Positions 8,839 to 18,620 of a stretch of 35,906 bases of DNA are shown here, one piece after another (positions within the stretch are counted from its first letter, which is position 1; the number at the start of each line of letters is the position of its first letter). Where the stretch lies: positions 1-35,906 of the forward strand of contig JBBQYU010000003.1 in NCBI GenBank assembly GCA_038208355.1. Reading direction: 5' to 3'. The notes under the pieces were generated by a model, which was given only the letters and a program-made list of their open reading frames with translations, ran no database searches and was not told where the DNA came from. A program made the translations under genes and the position numbers. Source of the DNA: Candidatus Moraniibacteriota bacterium (lineage in GTDB: Bacteria > Patescibacteriota > Minisyncoccia > Moranbacterales > UBA1568).

Positions 8839-10251
8839 CTAACGCTCTTCCCACAAATCCATCTCATACTGCGTCCCGGTAGGAAAATAGGGCGGCGGAC
8901 AATACAAAAGATTGTTATCATAGATGAGATCACGATTGGTGTACCCCGTATTGTCCGTCCAAGCAAATCCATAACGCTGATTGGTAGCCAAAGCTCCAAA
9001 AAGGGTGAACTGGCTCTTGGACAACCCCGCTCCTCCGGTGTAGTGGGCCCGCCCCACTCGTCCGCTCTGGGCCAAGAGCGCCCCATCGATGCGCAAAGTG
9101 TCTTGACTCCCCTTATAAATCTCAACATCATTTTGACCGATAATCCCAAGGATGTCGCTACAGTCATAATTCGTATACCGGATGTCCTGTCCTATGTACA
9201 GAGACTTCAGGGAAGCAGATGAGAGATTCGCCGCCGCAATAGTCACCCGCTTGCCGTTGATTGACCCCTCAAGCCAAACATTATTTTCTACAAATATGGC
9301 CCCGTTATTTGGCAACGCGTACGTCTGCCAGTTTCCCTGATAGCTATTTATCTCATTCGTAGAGGCATTAAAACTCCTTACTATCCGGATACTGAAAGTA
9401 CCGTTGGTATTCAAAATGATATGTCTCCCCTGATTACTGTTGTCAAAATACTTCCCACCGTTGACACCTGACTGAGCCTGACTCTTGATATAGTTCAAAT
9501 CACCCAAGACACCGGTAAAATCAACCGACGCTACCGGAAAGTCTCGTCCACTCTCAAAGACATCCGGCCGATTAGGCACCGCTGCCGGCGGCAAAGGATC
9601 GACAGGATTGACATGAGTATGAACACCGAATTCATTACCTCCGTTATGATCAGGGTCATCATAGCTTGCCACAGCACTCGAAATAACATTATGGGCCACA
9701 CCGTCGAAGCGAATGCCTCCGTTGGAATGTATTTTTCCATAGACGCTGGTCCCCTCACCAAAGCGAAGCGTCTCGTTAGATAACACGACACTATCACTCC
9801 AGGTCGGCTTGCGAAACCGTACTTGAATGATGCGTATCATATCTGCAGCGCGATAGGCCCAGCCCGTCGCCTTGACCGTCACAGCCGTCGAGCCAGCTGA
9901 AGGCGGTGTCACCTCCAACCGATACTTCCCGATAGGACCGCCGCTCGGATCAACATACTCAGCCTCATAAGGAATGCCTACGCCAATGGGATTCCCAGAA
10001 ACCCAGAAATTATCCACCTGCTGAGCAGTTCTTCCCTCGACATTATGAGCCAGATACCAACGGTAAAACTGTACCCCGGATTCAGCAATCTGGAACGCTT
10101 GTTCACGGGCATGCACCTGAAGCGCGTATTTCGTCTGCCCGGCGATAAAGCTGAGAATAGACGTCATGACGATAGACACAATCATCATAATAATCAGCCC
10201 ATACACCAGGACCGAGCCGCGCGCCACTCTCACTGTTCTGATAACACTCAT
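8839..10251 (-). CDS. PilX-like minor pilin with a large C-terminal domain
   Basis: RGSVLV-hydrophobic N-terminus, QAFQIAESGV PilX motif, C-terminal YD..LL..PPPYFP. Confidence 0.8.
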   Translation of the reverse strand: MSVIRTVRVARGSVLVYGLIIMMIVSIVMTSILSFIAGQTKYALQVHAREQAFQIAESGVQFYRWYLAHNVEGRTAQQVDNFWVSGNPIGVGIPYEAEYVDPSGGPIGKYRLEVTPPSAGSTAVTVKATGWAYRAADMIRIIQVRFRKPTWSDSVVLSNETLRFGEGTSVYGKIHSNGGIRFDGVAHNVISSAVASYDDPDHNGGNEFGVHTHVNPVDPLPPAAVPNRPDVFESGRDFPVASVDFTGVLGDLNYIKSQAQSGVNGGKYFDNSNQGRHIILNTNGTFSIRIVRSFNASTNEINSYQGNWQTYALPNNGAIFVENNVWLEGSINGKRVTIAAANLSSASLKSLYIGQDIRYTNYDCSDILGIIGQNDVEIYKGSQDTLRIDGALLAQSGRVGRAHYTGGAGLSKSQFTLFGALATNQRYGFAWTDNTGYTNRDLIYDNNLLYCPPPYFPTGTQYEMDLWEER

Positions 10252-10889
10252 AAGTTATGGAGATTCCTTAAATCAACAAACGATTCGATATTAATATTGT
10301 TCGGCGCATGCACTGGGTCGATATTCACCAGAAAATGAATCTTCACCAGCTGAATATCTCCGACGCTGGCCGGTGTAGAAAGTGGATTATTAACCGTATC
10401 GCCTGGATAATTGGTATTATAATAATGAAAAATCGGGTCATTATTCTCATTGACCACGAAATTCGTCATCACCGTCACCGTCTGGTCACTCACTGGATAC
10501 GTCACCGGAACCGTATTCATATTCGGCTCCGTCACCCCAACCTTGAACTGATCATTGGCGGCGTCGAGAAAATAGTGTACTCGTTCGGCTATCATATCAT
10601 CATCAACATCGGCATACACCGTCAAGTCAAAATTATCCGCCCTCTCTATCGGATAGTCGCCATCTTCCGCCTGACGAACGCCTCGTAAACGGATAGTTAT
10701 CTGATTGGTGGCCCGGGAAGCCGCCGCTGATGCCATACCCTCTTCCAAGATAAACTTGTTCGTGTCCCAGGTTCTAGCAAACAGCAACATAAACCCGGAC
10801 ATAACTAAAGACCCTATACCGATGGCAATGATAAGTTCCACCAGTGTATGTCCGCTCACGTAATAGGTTTTTTTCTGTCGGTGCATCAT
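10248..10889 (-). CDS. Prepilin-type minor pilin (PilW/PulJ-like)
   Basis: G-HTLVELIIAIGI class III signal with E5. Confidence 0.8.
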   Translation of the reverse strand: MMHRQKKTYYVSGHTLVELIIAIGIGSLVMSGFMLLFARTWDTNKFILEEGMASAAASRATNQITIRLRGVRQAEDGDYPIERADNFDLTVYADVDDDMIAERVHYFLDAANDQFKVGVTEPNMNTVPVTYPVSDQTVTVMTNFVVNENNDPIFHYYNTNYPGDTVNNPLSTPASVGDIQLVKIHFLVNIDPVHAPNNINIESFVDLRNLHNL

Positions 10890-12286
10890 TAGTTGGGGGT
10901 CAATGCTATGCCTTTCGTGGTGAGTGTCGTACCAATGGTCACCGTACTGGTCTTGTTCTGAAATCCGACCGTCGTAACAGTGATGTCATAATCACCCGCT
11001 ACAAGGGCTGGCAATGCTGTTGGAAAATACGCCCACCCATACTGGCCAGTCACCACCGTCGCGTCATAGGCATTAATGACGCTGGAAAGTTTGACGCTCG
11101 CACCATTGACCGGCGAACCGTCTGTGCTATTCGTAACCTCCACTTTAACCGAACCAATATTTTTATCCAAAAGAATTGCCGTTACCTGGCTAGTACTTCC
11201 AGGCAGCAAATCAAAAACATTGGCCACTACACTCGTTTCCGGAGACATTTTGTAGAATTCATAGCCAGAAGCCAACTGGGTAAAAGTATACTGTCCATAA
11301 CTTTCATTAGGATAGACTTTTTCTCCGGAGCCATTGGTACTACTCGTAGACGAAAACCCATACACCAATTCACCGGTAGCTGGATCCGTTCCGAGTACTC
11401 GGCCACCGGTCAAGGCGAAAGAAACATTCGGGATAGCCGTACCAAAAGGGTCATGAGTTGCCAGCTTCACCTCGACCGCCCTGTCGACTACCAATGTTTT
11501 CTGATTGAGCGTATTAATCACCACTGAGGCGTGGACATCAACGGGGTTGTACGATGAAGTTGGATAGGATGGGTACGTAGTAGCTCCGAAATAACCATTT
11601 TTCGAAGCGGTCAAGACGTATTTCTCTGTCCCGGCCGGAGCGCCTGGCAGAGTAATATTGCCCGTAGCATCCGTAGTGGCCGTGAAATCAACCCCGGAAG
11701 CACTATTCACCGCATGGACATTCACCCCAACCACCCCGCTCCCGTCGACGCCGATAATGTTGACCGACAACACTCCGCCGCCGCCCGACGATTCTATACC
11801 GTTGGGTGAAAAATTCCCGAACAAAGCCACTGTCTGATCCACACCAAGGTTCCCCCAACTCACGGTAACCCGCACCCGTTTATAATCTGTCGGGATCGTG
11901 TCATTAGGCGCTCCACCAAGCTTACCATCAAAAGCATCATCGACGTACTGCACAAAGGTGTGCACCGTATACTTCATGGTATTGACGCTGATAGTTTCGT
12001 CTTCAAGCAAGTCCCCCGCAGGAATACCATACACCCAAATACTCCCATTCCAGCGTTTGGTACCGATTTTATCATAGGCAATACTGCGAATAATCTCCAT
12101 TTTCTGATTGGCCAGCGCCGTCGCCCCCAGGCGGTTTTTTGATTCGATGATAAGTCGCGTTCCTACGGTGTAAATCTGAGAAAAAACAACCGCTATCAAA
12201 GCAAAGATAAACATCACCACCAAGGCTTCAATCAGGGTGAATCCCTTGGAGTTTTCGGCCGTTAGCTTAGAGCGTAGAGTTTTCAT
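10889..12286 (-). CDS. Prepilin-type protein with C-terminal beta-sandwich (carboxypeptidase-regulatory-like) domains
   Basis: KG-FTLIEALVV; T/S/G-rich segments TTDATG...GAPAG..Y.LTASKNGY and PVNGASV...GDYDITV. Confidence 0.85.
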   Translation of the reverse strand: MKTLRSKLTAENSKGFTLIEALVVMFIFALIAVVFSQIYTVGTRLIIESKNRLGATALANQKMEIIRSIAYDKIGTKRWNGSIWVYGIPAGDLLEDETISVNTMKYTVHTFVQYVDDAFDGKLGGAPNDTIPTDYKRVRVTVSWGNLGVDQTVALFGNFSPNGIESSGGGGVLSVNIIGVDGSGVVGVNVHAVNSASGVDFTATTDATGNITLPGAPAGTEKYVLTASKNGYFGATTYPSYPTSSYNPVDVHASVVINTLNQKTLVVDRAVEVKLATHDPFGTAIPNVSFALTGGRVLGTDPATGELVYGFSSTSSTNGSGEKVYPNESYGQYTFTQLASGYEFYKMSPETSVVANVFDLLPGSTSQVTAILLDKNIGSVKVEVTNSTDGSPVNGASVKLSSVINAYDATVVTGQYGWAYFPTALPALVAGDYDITVTTVGFQNKTSTVTIGTTLTTKGIALTPN

Positions 12287-12295
12287 GAAAAAATA

Positions 12296-13516
12296 CTACT
12301 TTATGTTCTCAAGAACGGAGTACATCGGCTGCAACATGGCTACAGCGAAAAACCCCACCGAGCCACCGATGAGAAGCATCAGTATTGGTTCAATGATAGA
12401 AGACATGTTCTTGGTAATCTGAGAGACCTCTTCTTCATAAAATTCCGCCAAGCGCTGCAATACCGTTTCCGTTTTTCCCGTCTCCTCTCCCACTTCGATA
12501 ATCTGCGGTACCAAAACAGGAAAAATCTTCGGATAGCGTCGAATCACCTTGCTCAAATCCACACCCTTCTGGATTTCCACGATGGCCTCAGCCAAAGCAT
12601 CCTTGTAGTAAACATTAGAGAGAGTCTTGGAAACAATAGTAAGCGCATTGACCACCGAAACACCACTCTTCAAAAGCGAGCTGTAGATACGAGCGAAGCG
12701 AGCGCAGTTCACCTTGATAATGATATTGCCGATGACCGGCATGTACAAAAAGAGGTAGCCAAAAACGCGTTTGCCCATCGCTGTGCCGGAAAAGAGCTTG
12801 GTGCCCACCACTACCAAAACAACTATGGCCACACTAAGAAAAGCATGCTGCCGCAAAAATTCGCTGAAGGCGATAATAATCTGTGTGGTCACCGGGAGTG
12901 CAACATCCATATCCTGAAAAACGCTGGTAATCTTGGGCAGGATATAGGTCAACATGAGAATGCCGATAGCGATCATCGCGACCACGATGACAGCTGGGTA
13001 GATAAGGGCCCCGTGTACCTTGGAGAGCAAGTCGTTTTCTTTTTCCAACTGCAGCGCCAAAATATCCAACACTTCTTCCAAGTTACCACTCACTTCGCCA
13101 ACATAAACCATATTGACAAACAATTCGTTGAAGACGGTCGGGTACTTACCCAACCCTTCGGAAAGCGTTTTACCTGATTGCAAATCATCATTGACATCCT
13201 CAAGAATTTTCTTAAAAGTTTTGTTGGACGTCTGGATACTCAAGTTATTCACCGCCCGAGATACGGTCAATCCTGACGAAACCATCACCGCCAAGTTACG
13301 AGTGAAAGTCATCTTCTCTTTCAGAGGAACCGTTTTGAAACGATCAAAAAACTTTATCTGGATGCTCGAAGCCACCGCCTCCTCCTTGTGTGAAGTGAGC
13401 AATAGTCCCTGGCTGCGTAAATCCGAAGCAAGCGATTTCTCATCCTTCGCTTCCATTTCGCCACCAGAGGTCTCTCCCGTCACGGCATTTTTCGCCGTAT
13501 AGAAAAATTTCGGCAT
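12296..13516 (-). CDS. pilC: Type IV pilus inner-membrane platform protein PilC / T2SS F
   Basis: MPKFFY.A, GEVSGNLEE, ALIYP, GEETG, IIEP, AMLQPMY. Confidence 0.95.
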   Translation of the reverse strand: MPKFFYTAKNAVTGETSGGEMEAKDEKSLASDLRSQGLLLTSHKEEAVASSIQIKFFDRFKTVPLKEKMTFTRNLAVMVSSGLTVSRAVNNLSIQTSNKTFKKILEDVNDDLQSGKTLSEGLGKYPTVFNELFVNMVYVGEVSGNLEEVLDILALQLEKENDLLSKVHGALIYPAVIVVAMIAIGILMLTYILPKITSVFQDMDVALPVTTQIIIAFSEFLRQHAFLSVAIVVLVVVGTKLFSGTAMGKRVFGYLFLYMPVIGNIIIKVNCARFARIYSSLLKSGVSVVNALTIVSKTLSNVYYKDALAEAIVEIQKGVDLSKVIRRYPKIFPVLVPQIIEVGEETGKTETVLQRLAEFYEEEVSQITKNMSSIIEPILMLLIGGSVGFFAVAMLQPMYSVLENIK

Positions 13517-13600
13517 ATTCCCGAATGTTGGTATGTGTTTTTATGGTTCACTCTTCTGCAAACCTGCTGACATTATACCACACTCCCCCAAAAAAAATCG

Positions 13601-14524
13601 TCAAATATGCAGACGTTCCTTAAACTTCTGAAACACCACCGGCCCGCGCGGCTCAGGGAGAAAAATAAGCATACGGTCATTGGCCTCAATCAGACTTCCC
13701 TCTTGGCGCGTCTTCGGATTTCGTTCTATCTTGGCCTTCTGCCACAGAGAAAGCCACCGCTCCAAAGCGAACAAATCAAAAAATTTCTCCTGTCTATCGC
13801 GCAAATGCAAAGTTGGAAAACTCTCTTCCACCAGCCACCGGCTCGGCGTCAAGGTCAAAGAGAAATTCGGCTTATACTTTCGAATCCAGGTGTTCTTCGC
13901 TTCAAATCGCCGGAACACATCAAAAGAAAAAAGTGGAATCAAAAAACGATACTCATTGGCTGAAAAAAGGTCCTTGGTAGCAATCTCCAAATTATCATCA
14001 GTCACAAAATAATTCAGACAAGCCCGGTTACTGATTTTCTTGCCATGTCGGCGCTTGCCAATGACGTGCAGAAATAAAGTGAGGAGTGTTCGGCCAATCC
14101 AAATCTTGCCCGAACGTAGCACCACAAACATATCCCAATCACTCCCCCTGCTCCCGTGTTTCATCGAAAGGCTCCCCGTGGCCCCAATCATGCGCACGTA
14201 CGGCACATGGACAAGTAGTCGAGCTAATTTCTTCATCCGCTTCAGCTTACTGACTGAAAGTTTTTCACTCCGAATACGTTCTGACACCAGAGCCTCGCGA
14301 CCCACCAAAAAATAAAAACCATCACACTCCAGTACTTTGTCAGTCAATGACCCGAAGATCAGAAATTCACGCACCTCACGGAATGTCACCGGCTCCGGCG
14401 GAACCTCCTGACCTTCATCGTGAGTCACCAGATGTTTCCATACCTCAAAAGCGGTCAACGGAAAATCCAAAACGTCATAATACGTCACTGTGGCCAAAAT
14501 ATTTTTTCGCAAGCTGTAGCTCAT
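13601..14524 (-). CDS. Pol beta-superfamily nucleotidyltransferase-like protein
   Basis: TGSLS...SDWDMFVV (GS-x-DxD) motif; N-terminal YYDVLDFPLT. Confidence 0.7.
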   Translation of the reverse strand: MSYSLRKNILATVTYYDVLDFPLTAFEVWKHLVTHDEGQEVPPEPVTFREVREFLIFGSLTDKVLECDGFYFLVGREALVSERIRSEKLSVSKLKRMKKLARLLVHVPYVRMIGATGSLSMKHGSRGSDWDMFVVLRSGKIWIGRTLLTLFLHVIGKRRHGKKISNRACLNYFVTDDNLEIATKDLFSANEYRFLIPLFSFDVFRRFEAKNTWIRKYKPNFSLTLTPSRWLVEESFPTLHLRDRQEKFFDLFALERWLSLWQKAKIERNPKTRQEGSLIEANDRMLIFLPEPRGPVVFQKFKERLHI

Positions 14525-14742
14525 ACCAAAGAGGGTTCAGTTTCCCACCACTTTTAAGTGAACCTATTCTACCACTTTTCCCCCTGTCCATCACCATTGA
14601 CTTTTCCCTAAAAATTTGCCCTAATTCTCTCTTTATTACCAAACGAAGTGGGTGAAACGAAAGTTTGCTTCCGTTTCCGAGTAAGTACCGATAAAATGGG
14701 GTGAATACTTGTTATTTCAGGTAATTCATCTATATTGTTCAG

Positions 14743-14967
14743 AAAATATCTTCATTTTCTCTCCCTTTCTTGTAAAAAAACTTTTTCTGGCAAGAATCTT
14801 TCATAGTAGCCTTAAAGGCTAAGCGGGCAGGGTTTTTCCGTTTCGGAAAAGAGCGTAGCCTTCAAAGCAGTTTCATTTGCCTCGCCGGGGCAAATGAACG
14901 GTACTATGAAAGGTTGCTTGCTCAGGAAAAGTTTTTTCTATAAAAAAGAAGAAAATGAAGATATTTT
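14743..14967. other. Multibranched nested hairpin element (putative structured ncRNA or MITE)
   Basis: Perfect 18-bp IR 14743-14760/14950-14967; nested stems 14775-14789/14923-14937 and 14795-14808/14902-14915; inner hairpins 14807-14821, 14834-14850, 14872-14898. Confidence 0.7.
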
Positions 14968-15028
14968 TCAACACAAAAACAAACGCTCCGCACGTTTGGA
15001 TTTAAAATTTTATTGAGTATTTAAAATT

Positions 15029-17827
15029 CTAAAGGTATTTTGCGGTGAAGCTACGCTTGCAGGTTTTCAGCTTGTCAGGCGCACCGGCAAAGATGAGCTC
15101 TCCTCCTTTTTCTCCGCCGTCCGGTCCGAGCTCGAGCACCCAGTCCGCCGACGAAATAACGTCGAGGTTGTGTTCCACCACCAAGACCGAGTTCCCTTTA
15201 TCCACCAGTGCCTCCAGCACATCCAAAAGGCGGCGCACATCTTCGAAATGCAGCCCAATAGTCGGTTCATCCAAAATATAGAGTGTCTTGCCAGTCGATT
15301 TGCGCGCCAACTCGGTAGCCAGTTTGATACGCTGCGCCTCACCGCCGGAAAGATTGGTGGCGCTTTGTCCTAGCACCAGATAGCCCAAGCCCACTTCTTC
15401 CAACACTCGTAATTTCTCCTCAATGAGCGGCTGATCAAAGAAAAAACGTCGAGCCTCGGTAACCGTCATGCGTAAGACGCTTGCAATATTCTCGCCCCGA
15501 TATTCAATAGCTAAGGTCTTGGCATTGTAACGTGTCCCCTGACAGACTTCACAAGGCACGTACACATCTGGCAAAAGGTACATCTCGATTTTTTTCAGCC
15601 CTCCACCCTGACAGGCCTCACACCGGCCACCCCGCATATTGAAAGAAAAGTGACTGGCCGAATACTTATCACGCTCCGCTTCCGAAGTATCAGCAAAAAG
15701 ATCACGAATCAGACTAAACACCCCTGTGTAGGTAGCAGCATTAGAGCGCGGTGTCCGCCCGATGGCATCCTGCGTAACCGCAATCACTTTGTCAATATTG
15801 GACAGTCCTTCGATTTTTTTATGCACGCCAGGTGTAGCCTTGGCATGATAAAAATACTTAGAAAGAGCGCGCGACAAGATATCGTGTACCAAAGTCGATT
15901 TTCCAGAGCCCGATACTCCCGACACGGCGACAAAGACGCCCAGAGGAATCTCCACTGTGACATTCTTTAGGTTATGCTCCGTAGCCCCCGAAATGACGAT
16001 AGTTTCTTTGCCTGGCTTACGGCGCTTCTGTTTATCCGAAACCTTTCTTTTGCCCGACAGATACTGCCCGGTCAATAAATGAGAACGAAGCAGCTTGTCC
16101 GGTGTCCCAGCAAAAATGACTTCACCTCCTTCGATACCAGCCCCCGGGCCCATATCGATAATGTAGTCTGCTCGTTTCATGATAGCCACGTCGTGCTCGA
16201 CTACCACCAATGAGTTGTTGCCGCCGCGCAAGTCTTCCAGGGCCAGAATCAGCTTTTCGGTATCACGGCTGTGTAGTCCCACCGACGGTTCGTCCAAGAC
16301 ATAGATGATCCCGGACAGGCCGGACTTCATCTGTACTGACAGACGAATGCGCTGAGCCTCCCCGCCCGACAACGTATCAGCACCTCGGCACAGCTCCAGG
16401 TAGCCCAGACCCACTTTTTCCACCGCAGAAAGACGCATCTGCATTTCACGAAAAATCGGTTCAATAATTCCCTTCTCTCCGCCCTTCAACAATGTTTCCC
16501 GCAACGGTTTAAGCAGGGCCAAGAATTTTTCCGTACTCAGTTTGACAAGGTCATCGATAGACATATCCCCCACTCTGACGGCCAGGCTCGATAATTTCAG
16601 ACGTCGCCCCGCACAAGTCGGACAGACTTTGGATAACATGTAGGCTTCAATTTCCGAGCGCAAATGATCCGACTTGGTATCACGATACTTGTGTTCCAAG
16701 AGAACAATCACCCCGGGGAAATCGGATTCTTTCCCAGTCTTTTCTCCGAACAAGATAACATCCAGACACTTGGCGGATAATTTATCCAACGGCATATCAA
16801 GAGAGAAGCGTTGGCGCTTGGCACACTCACGCAAGAGCTGCATCGGCCCGGTTCCCGCATGACGATCGCTATTCATTTTGCTCCACGGACGAATCGCCCC
16901 CTCAGATAAGGACAAACTCTTATTGGGAATCACCAAAGCCGGAGCAAACTCCAAGGTCACCCCCAAACCGGCACACTTCTCACAGGCGCCATCAGGATTA
17001 TTGAAAGAAAAATGGCTGGGGGTGAATTCTGGCAAGAAGATATTACATTCCTCACAGCGATATTCTTCGTTATAGATATGCTCGACCCCAGTGTCGTTGA
17101 TGCGCAGGGTAAAAGTTCCTTGCCCGACCCGAAAAGCAGTCTGCAAAGTATCCAAAATACGCTCCTTGTCCGGGCGCGCCCGTGACAAGACCAGCCGATC
17201 GATGACCACCGCCACCGGCGAACTCTCCGTAGACGAAGCTGTCTTGAGCGCCTCCGCGATAGATAAGACTTCTCCGTGCAGCAATACTCGGACGTACCCC
17301 CAGGTATTGACCAAGGTCATCGCCTCTTTTTCCGTCTTCCCATCAAGCAAAGAGCTTTCGGCCAAAAACATAAGCGGCGTATTATCCGGCAGTTCCAGAA
17401 TCTCGCCCAAAATGCCCCGCACGCTCTTGCGTGTCAAAATCTTGCCACAGGTAGGACAGTGAGGAACCCCCGTCTTGGCGAAAAGAACACGCAAGTAATC
17501 ATACACCTCGGTCATAGTACCTACCGTCGAACGCGGGCTGCGCGACACGCTTTTCTGATCGATGGAAATGGCCGGACTCAAGTTACGAATGGTATCGACA
17601 TCGGGCTTCTCAAATCCATCAAGAAAATTACGCGCATACGAAGAAAGCGACTCGACATAACGTCGATTCGCTTCCGCAAACAAAGTATCAAAAGCCAACG
17701 AGGATTTGCCCGAGCCAGAAAGCCCAGTCACCACCACCAATGAATCGCGCGGAATATCGACATCCACGTTCTTGAGGTTATTGACTCGCGCGCCCCTGAT
17801 TTCTATGACCGATTTTTTCATTGCCAT
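15029..17827 (-). CDS. uvrA: Excinuclease ABC subunit A
   Basis: Two ABC ATPase domains ([26 protein letters not shown] twice) and CxxC zinc-finger pairs. Confidence 0.97.
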   Translation of the reverse strand: MAMKKSVIEIRGARVNNLKNVDVDIPRDSLVVVTGLSGSGKSSLAFDTLFAEANRRYVESLSSYARNFLDGFEKPDVDTIRNLSPAISIDQKSVSRSPRSTVGTMTEVYDYLRVLFAKTGVPHCPTCGKILTRKSVRGILGEILELPDNTPLMFLAESSLLDGKTEKEAMTLVNTWGYVRVLLHGEVLSIAEALKTASSTESSPVAVVIDRLVLSRARPDKERILDTLQTAFRVGQGTFTLRINDTGVEHIYNEEYRCEECNIFLPEFTPSHFSFNNPDGACEKCAGLGVTLEFAPALVIPNKSLSLSEGAIRPWSKMNSDRHAGTGPMQLLRECAKRQRFSLDMPLDKLSAKCLDVILFGEKTGKESDFPGVIVLLEHKYRDTKSDHLRSEIEAYMLSKVCPTCAGRRLKLSSLAVRVGDMSIDDLVKLSTEKFLALLKPLRETLLKGGEKGIIEPIFREMQMRLSAVEKVGLGYLELCRGADTLSGGEAQRIRLSVQMKSGLSGIIYVLDEPSVGLHSRDTEKLILALEDLRGGNNSLVVVEHDVAIMKRADYIIDMGPGAGIEGGEVIFAGTPDKLLRSHLLTGQYLSGKRKVSDKQKRRKPGKETIVISGATEHNLKNVTVEIPLGVFVAVSGVSGSGKSTLVHDILSRALSKYFYHAKATPGVHKKIEGLSNIDKVIAVTQDAIGRTPRSNAATYTGVFSLIRDLFADTSEAERDKYSASHFSFNMRGGRCEACQGGGLKKIEMYLLPDVYVPCEVCQGTRYNAKTLAIEYRGENIASVLRMTVTEARRFFFDQPLIEEKLRVLEEVGLGYLVLGQSATNLSGGEAQRIKLATELARKSTGKTLYILDEPTIGLHFEDVRRLLDVLEALVDKGNSVLVVEHNLDVISSADWVLELGPDGGEKGGELIFAGAPDKLKTCKRSFTAKYL

Positions 17828-17936
17828 CAAGAGGAGAAGAACCTCTCTAAAAAGTATACAGCTGCCCACCATCATACGCCCTTTTTGCCAAGCTGTAAAG
17901 TGTCAGTGGTTATCCACAAAAAAACACTGCCTCAAT

Positions 17937-17967
17937 AAAAAACCCGCGTCAGTCGTACTGAGGCGGG
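17937..17967 (-). terminator. Intrinsic terminator of the orphan gene
   Basis: cccgc.tcagt / actgaggcggg stem followed by T6 on the minus strand. Confidence 0.65.
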
Positions 17968-18009
17968 AGCAATGGAAAACGTACCCGAAAATGGCTCTGC
18001 TCTTCTGAG

Positions 18010-18513
18010 TCACTCCTGGGCAAAAACGAACAGGGCTCCCGGAAGAATCATCTGATTGAAATCCAAAGACTGGAGGCTCAACCTGAGCTCACCAGAAAGA
18101 GCACGGTGCAAATGGAGAAGAGCGGGCTCCCCCAGCGCATTTGTCATCGGATGCATGAAGACAAACAGATGCCCCCACTCCAGTTGCTCATGATAATCCA
18201 GACACCACTTGAGCATGATGGCAGGTGGGACAAAGGCCAATCTCGCAGAAAGCGCTGTCGCCCACATCATCCGAAGGGTTGAACCTTCAATCAGACCAAT
18301 CTGAGCCGGGGTGGCAAAGACCAGTTCACGCGAGCACACCCCGCTCAATGGAAACGGGACATGGCCCTCACGAATCAACTGTTCAATTTCCATGTCAACC
18401 GTAAGACCAGGGGAATTCAACAGCCCATCAAATGAATCGGCCAGAGAGCAACAGACCGCTACCGCCTGCGGATGCCACTGCTCCGATGAACCGGGGGTTT
18501 TCGCTTGTGTCAT
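18010..18513 (-). CDS. Hypothetical protein
   Basis: ORF with AAGGAAGGA SD before the ATG at 18513, own promoter and terminator; no known motif. Confidence 0.65.
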   Translation of the reverse strand: MTQAKTPGSSEQWHPQAVAVCCSLADSFDGLLNSPGLTVDMEIEQLIREGHVPFPLSGVCSRELVFATPAQIGLIEGSTLRMMWATALSARLAFVPPAIMLKWCLDYHEQLEWGHLFVFMHPMTNALGEPALLHLHRALSGELRLSLQSLDFNQMILPGALFVFAQE

Positions 18514-18572
18514 GATGTCCTTCCTTTCTGCCAGAGGCAATGACTCAAAAAATGGTTTTTAACGAACCGCGT

Positions 18573-18601
18573 ACTTTACCTTTTTTCCTCTATCCTGTCA
18601 A
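18573..18601 (-). promoter_or_regulatory. Sigma70 promoter
   Basis: TTGACA-17-TAAAGT. Confidence 0.65.
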
Positions 18602-18620
18602 TCAGCAGAAAGACTGCCGG

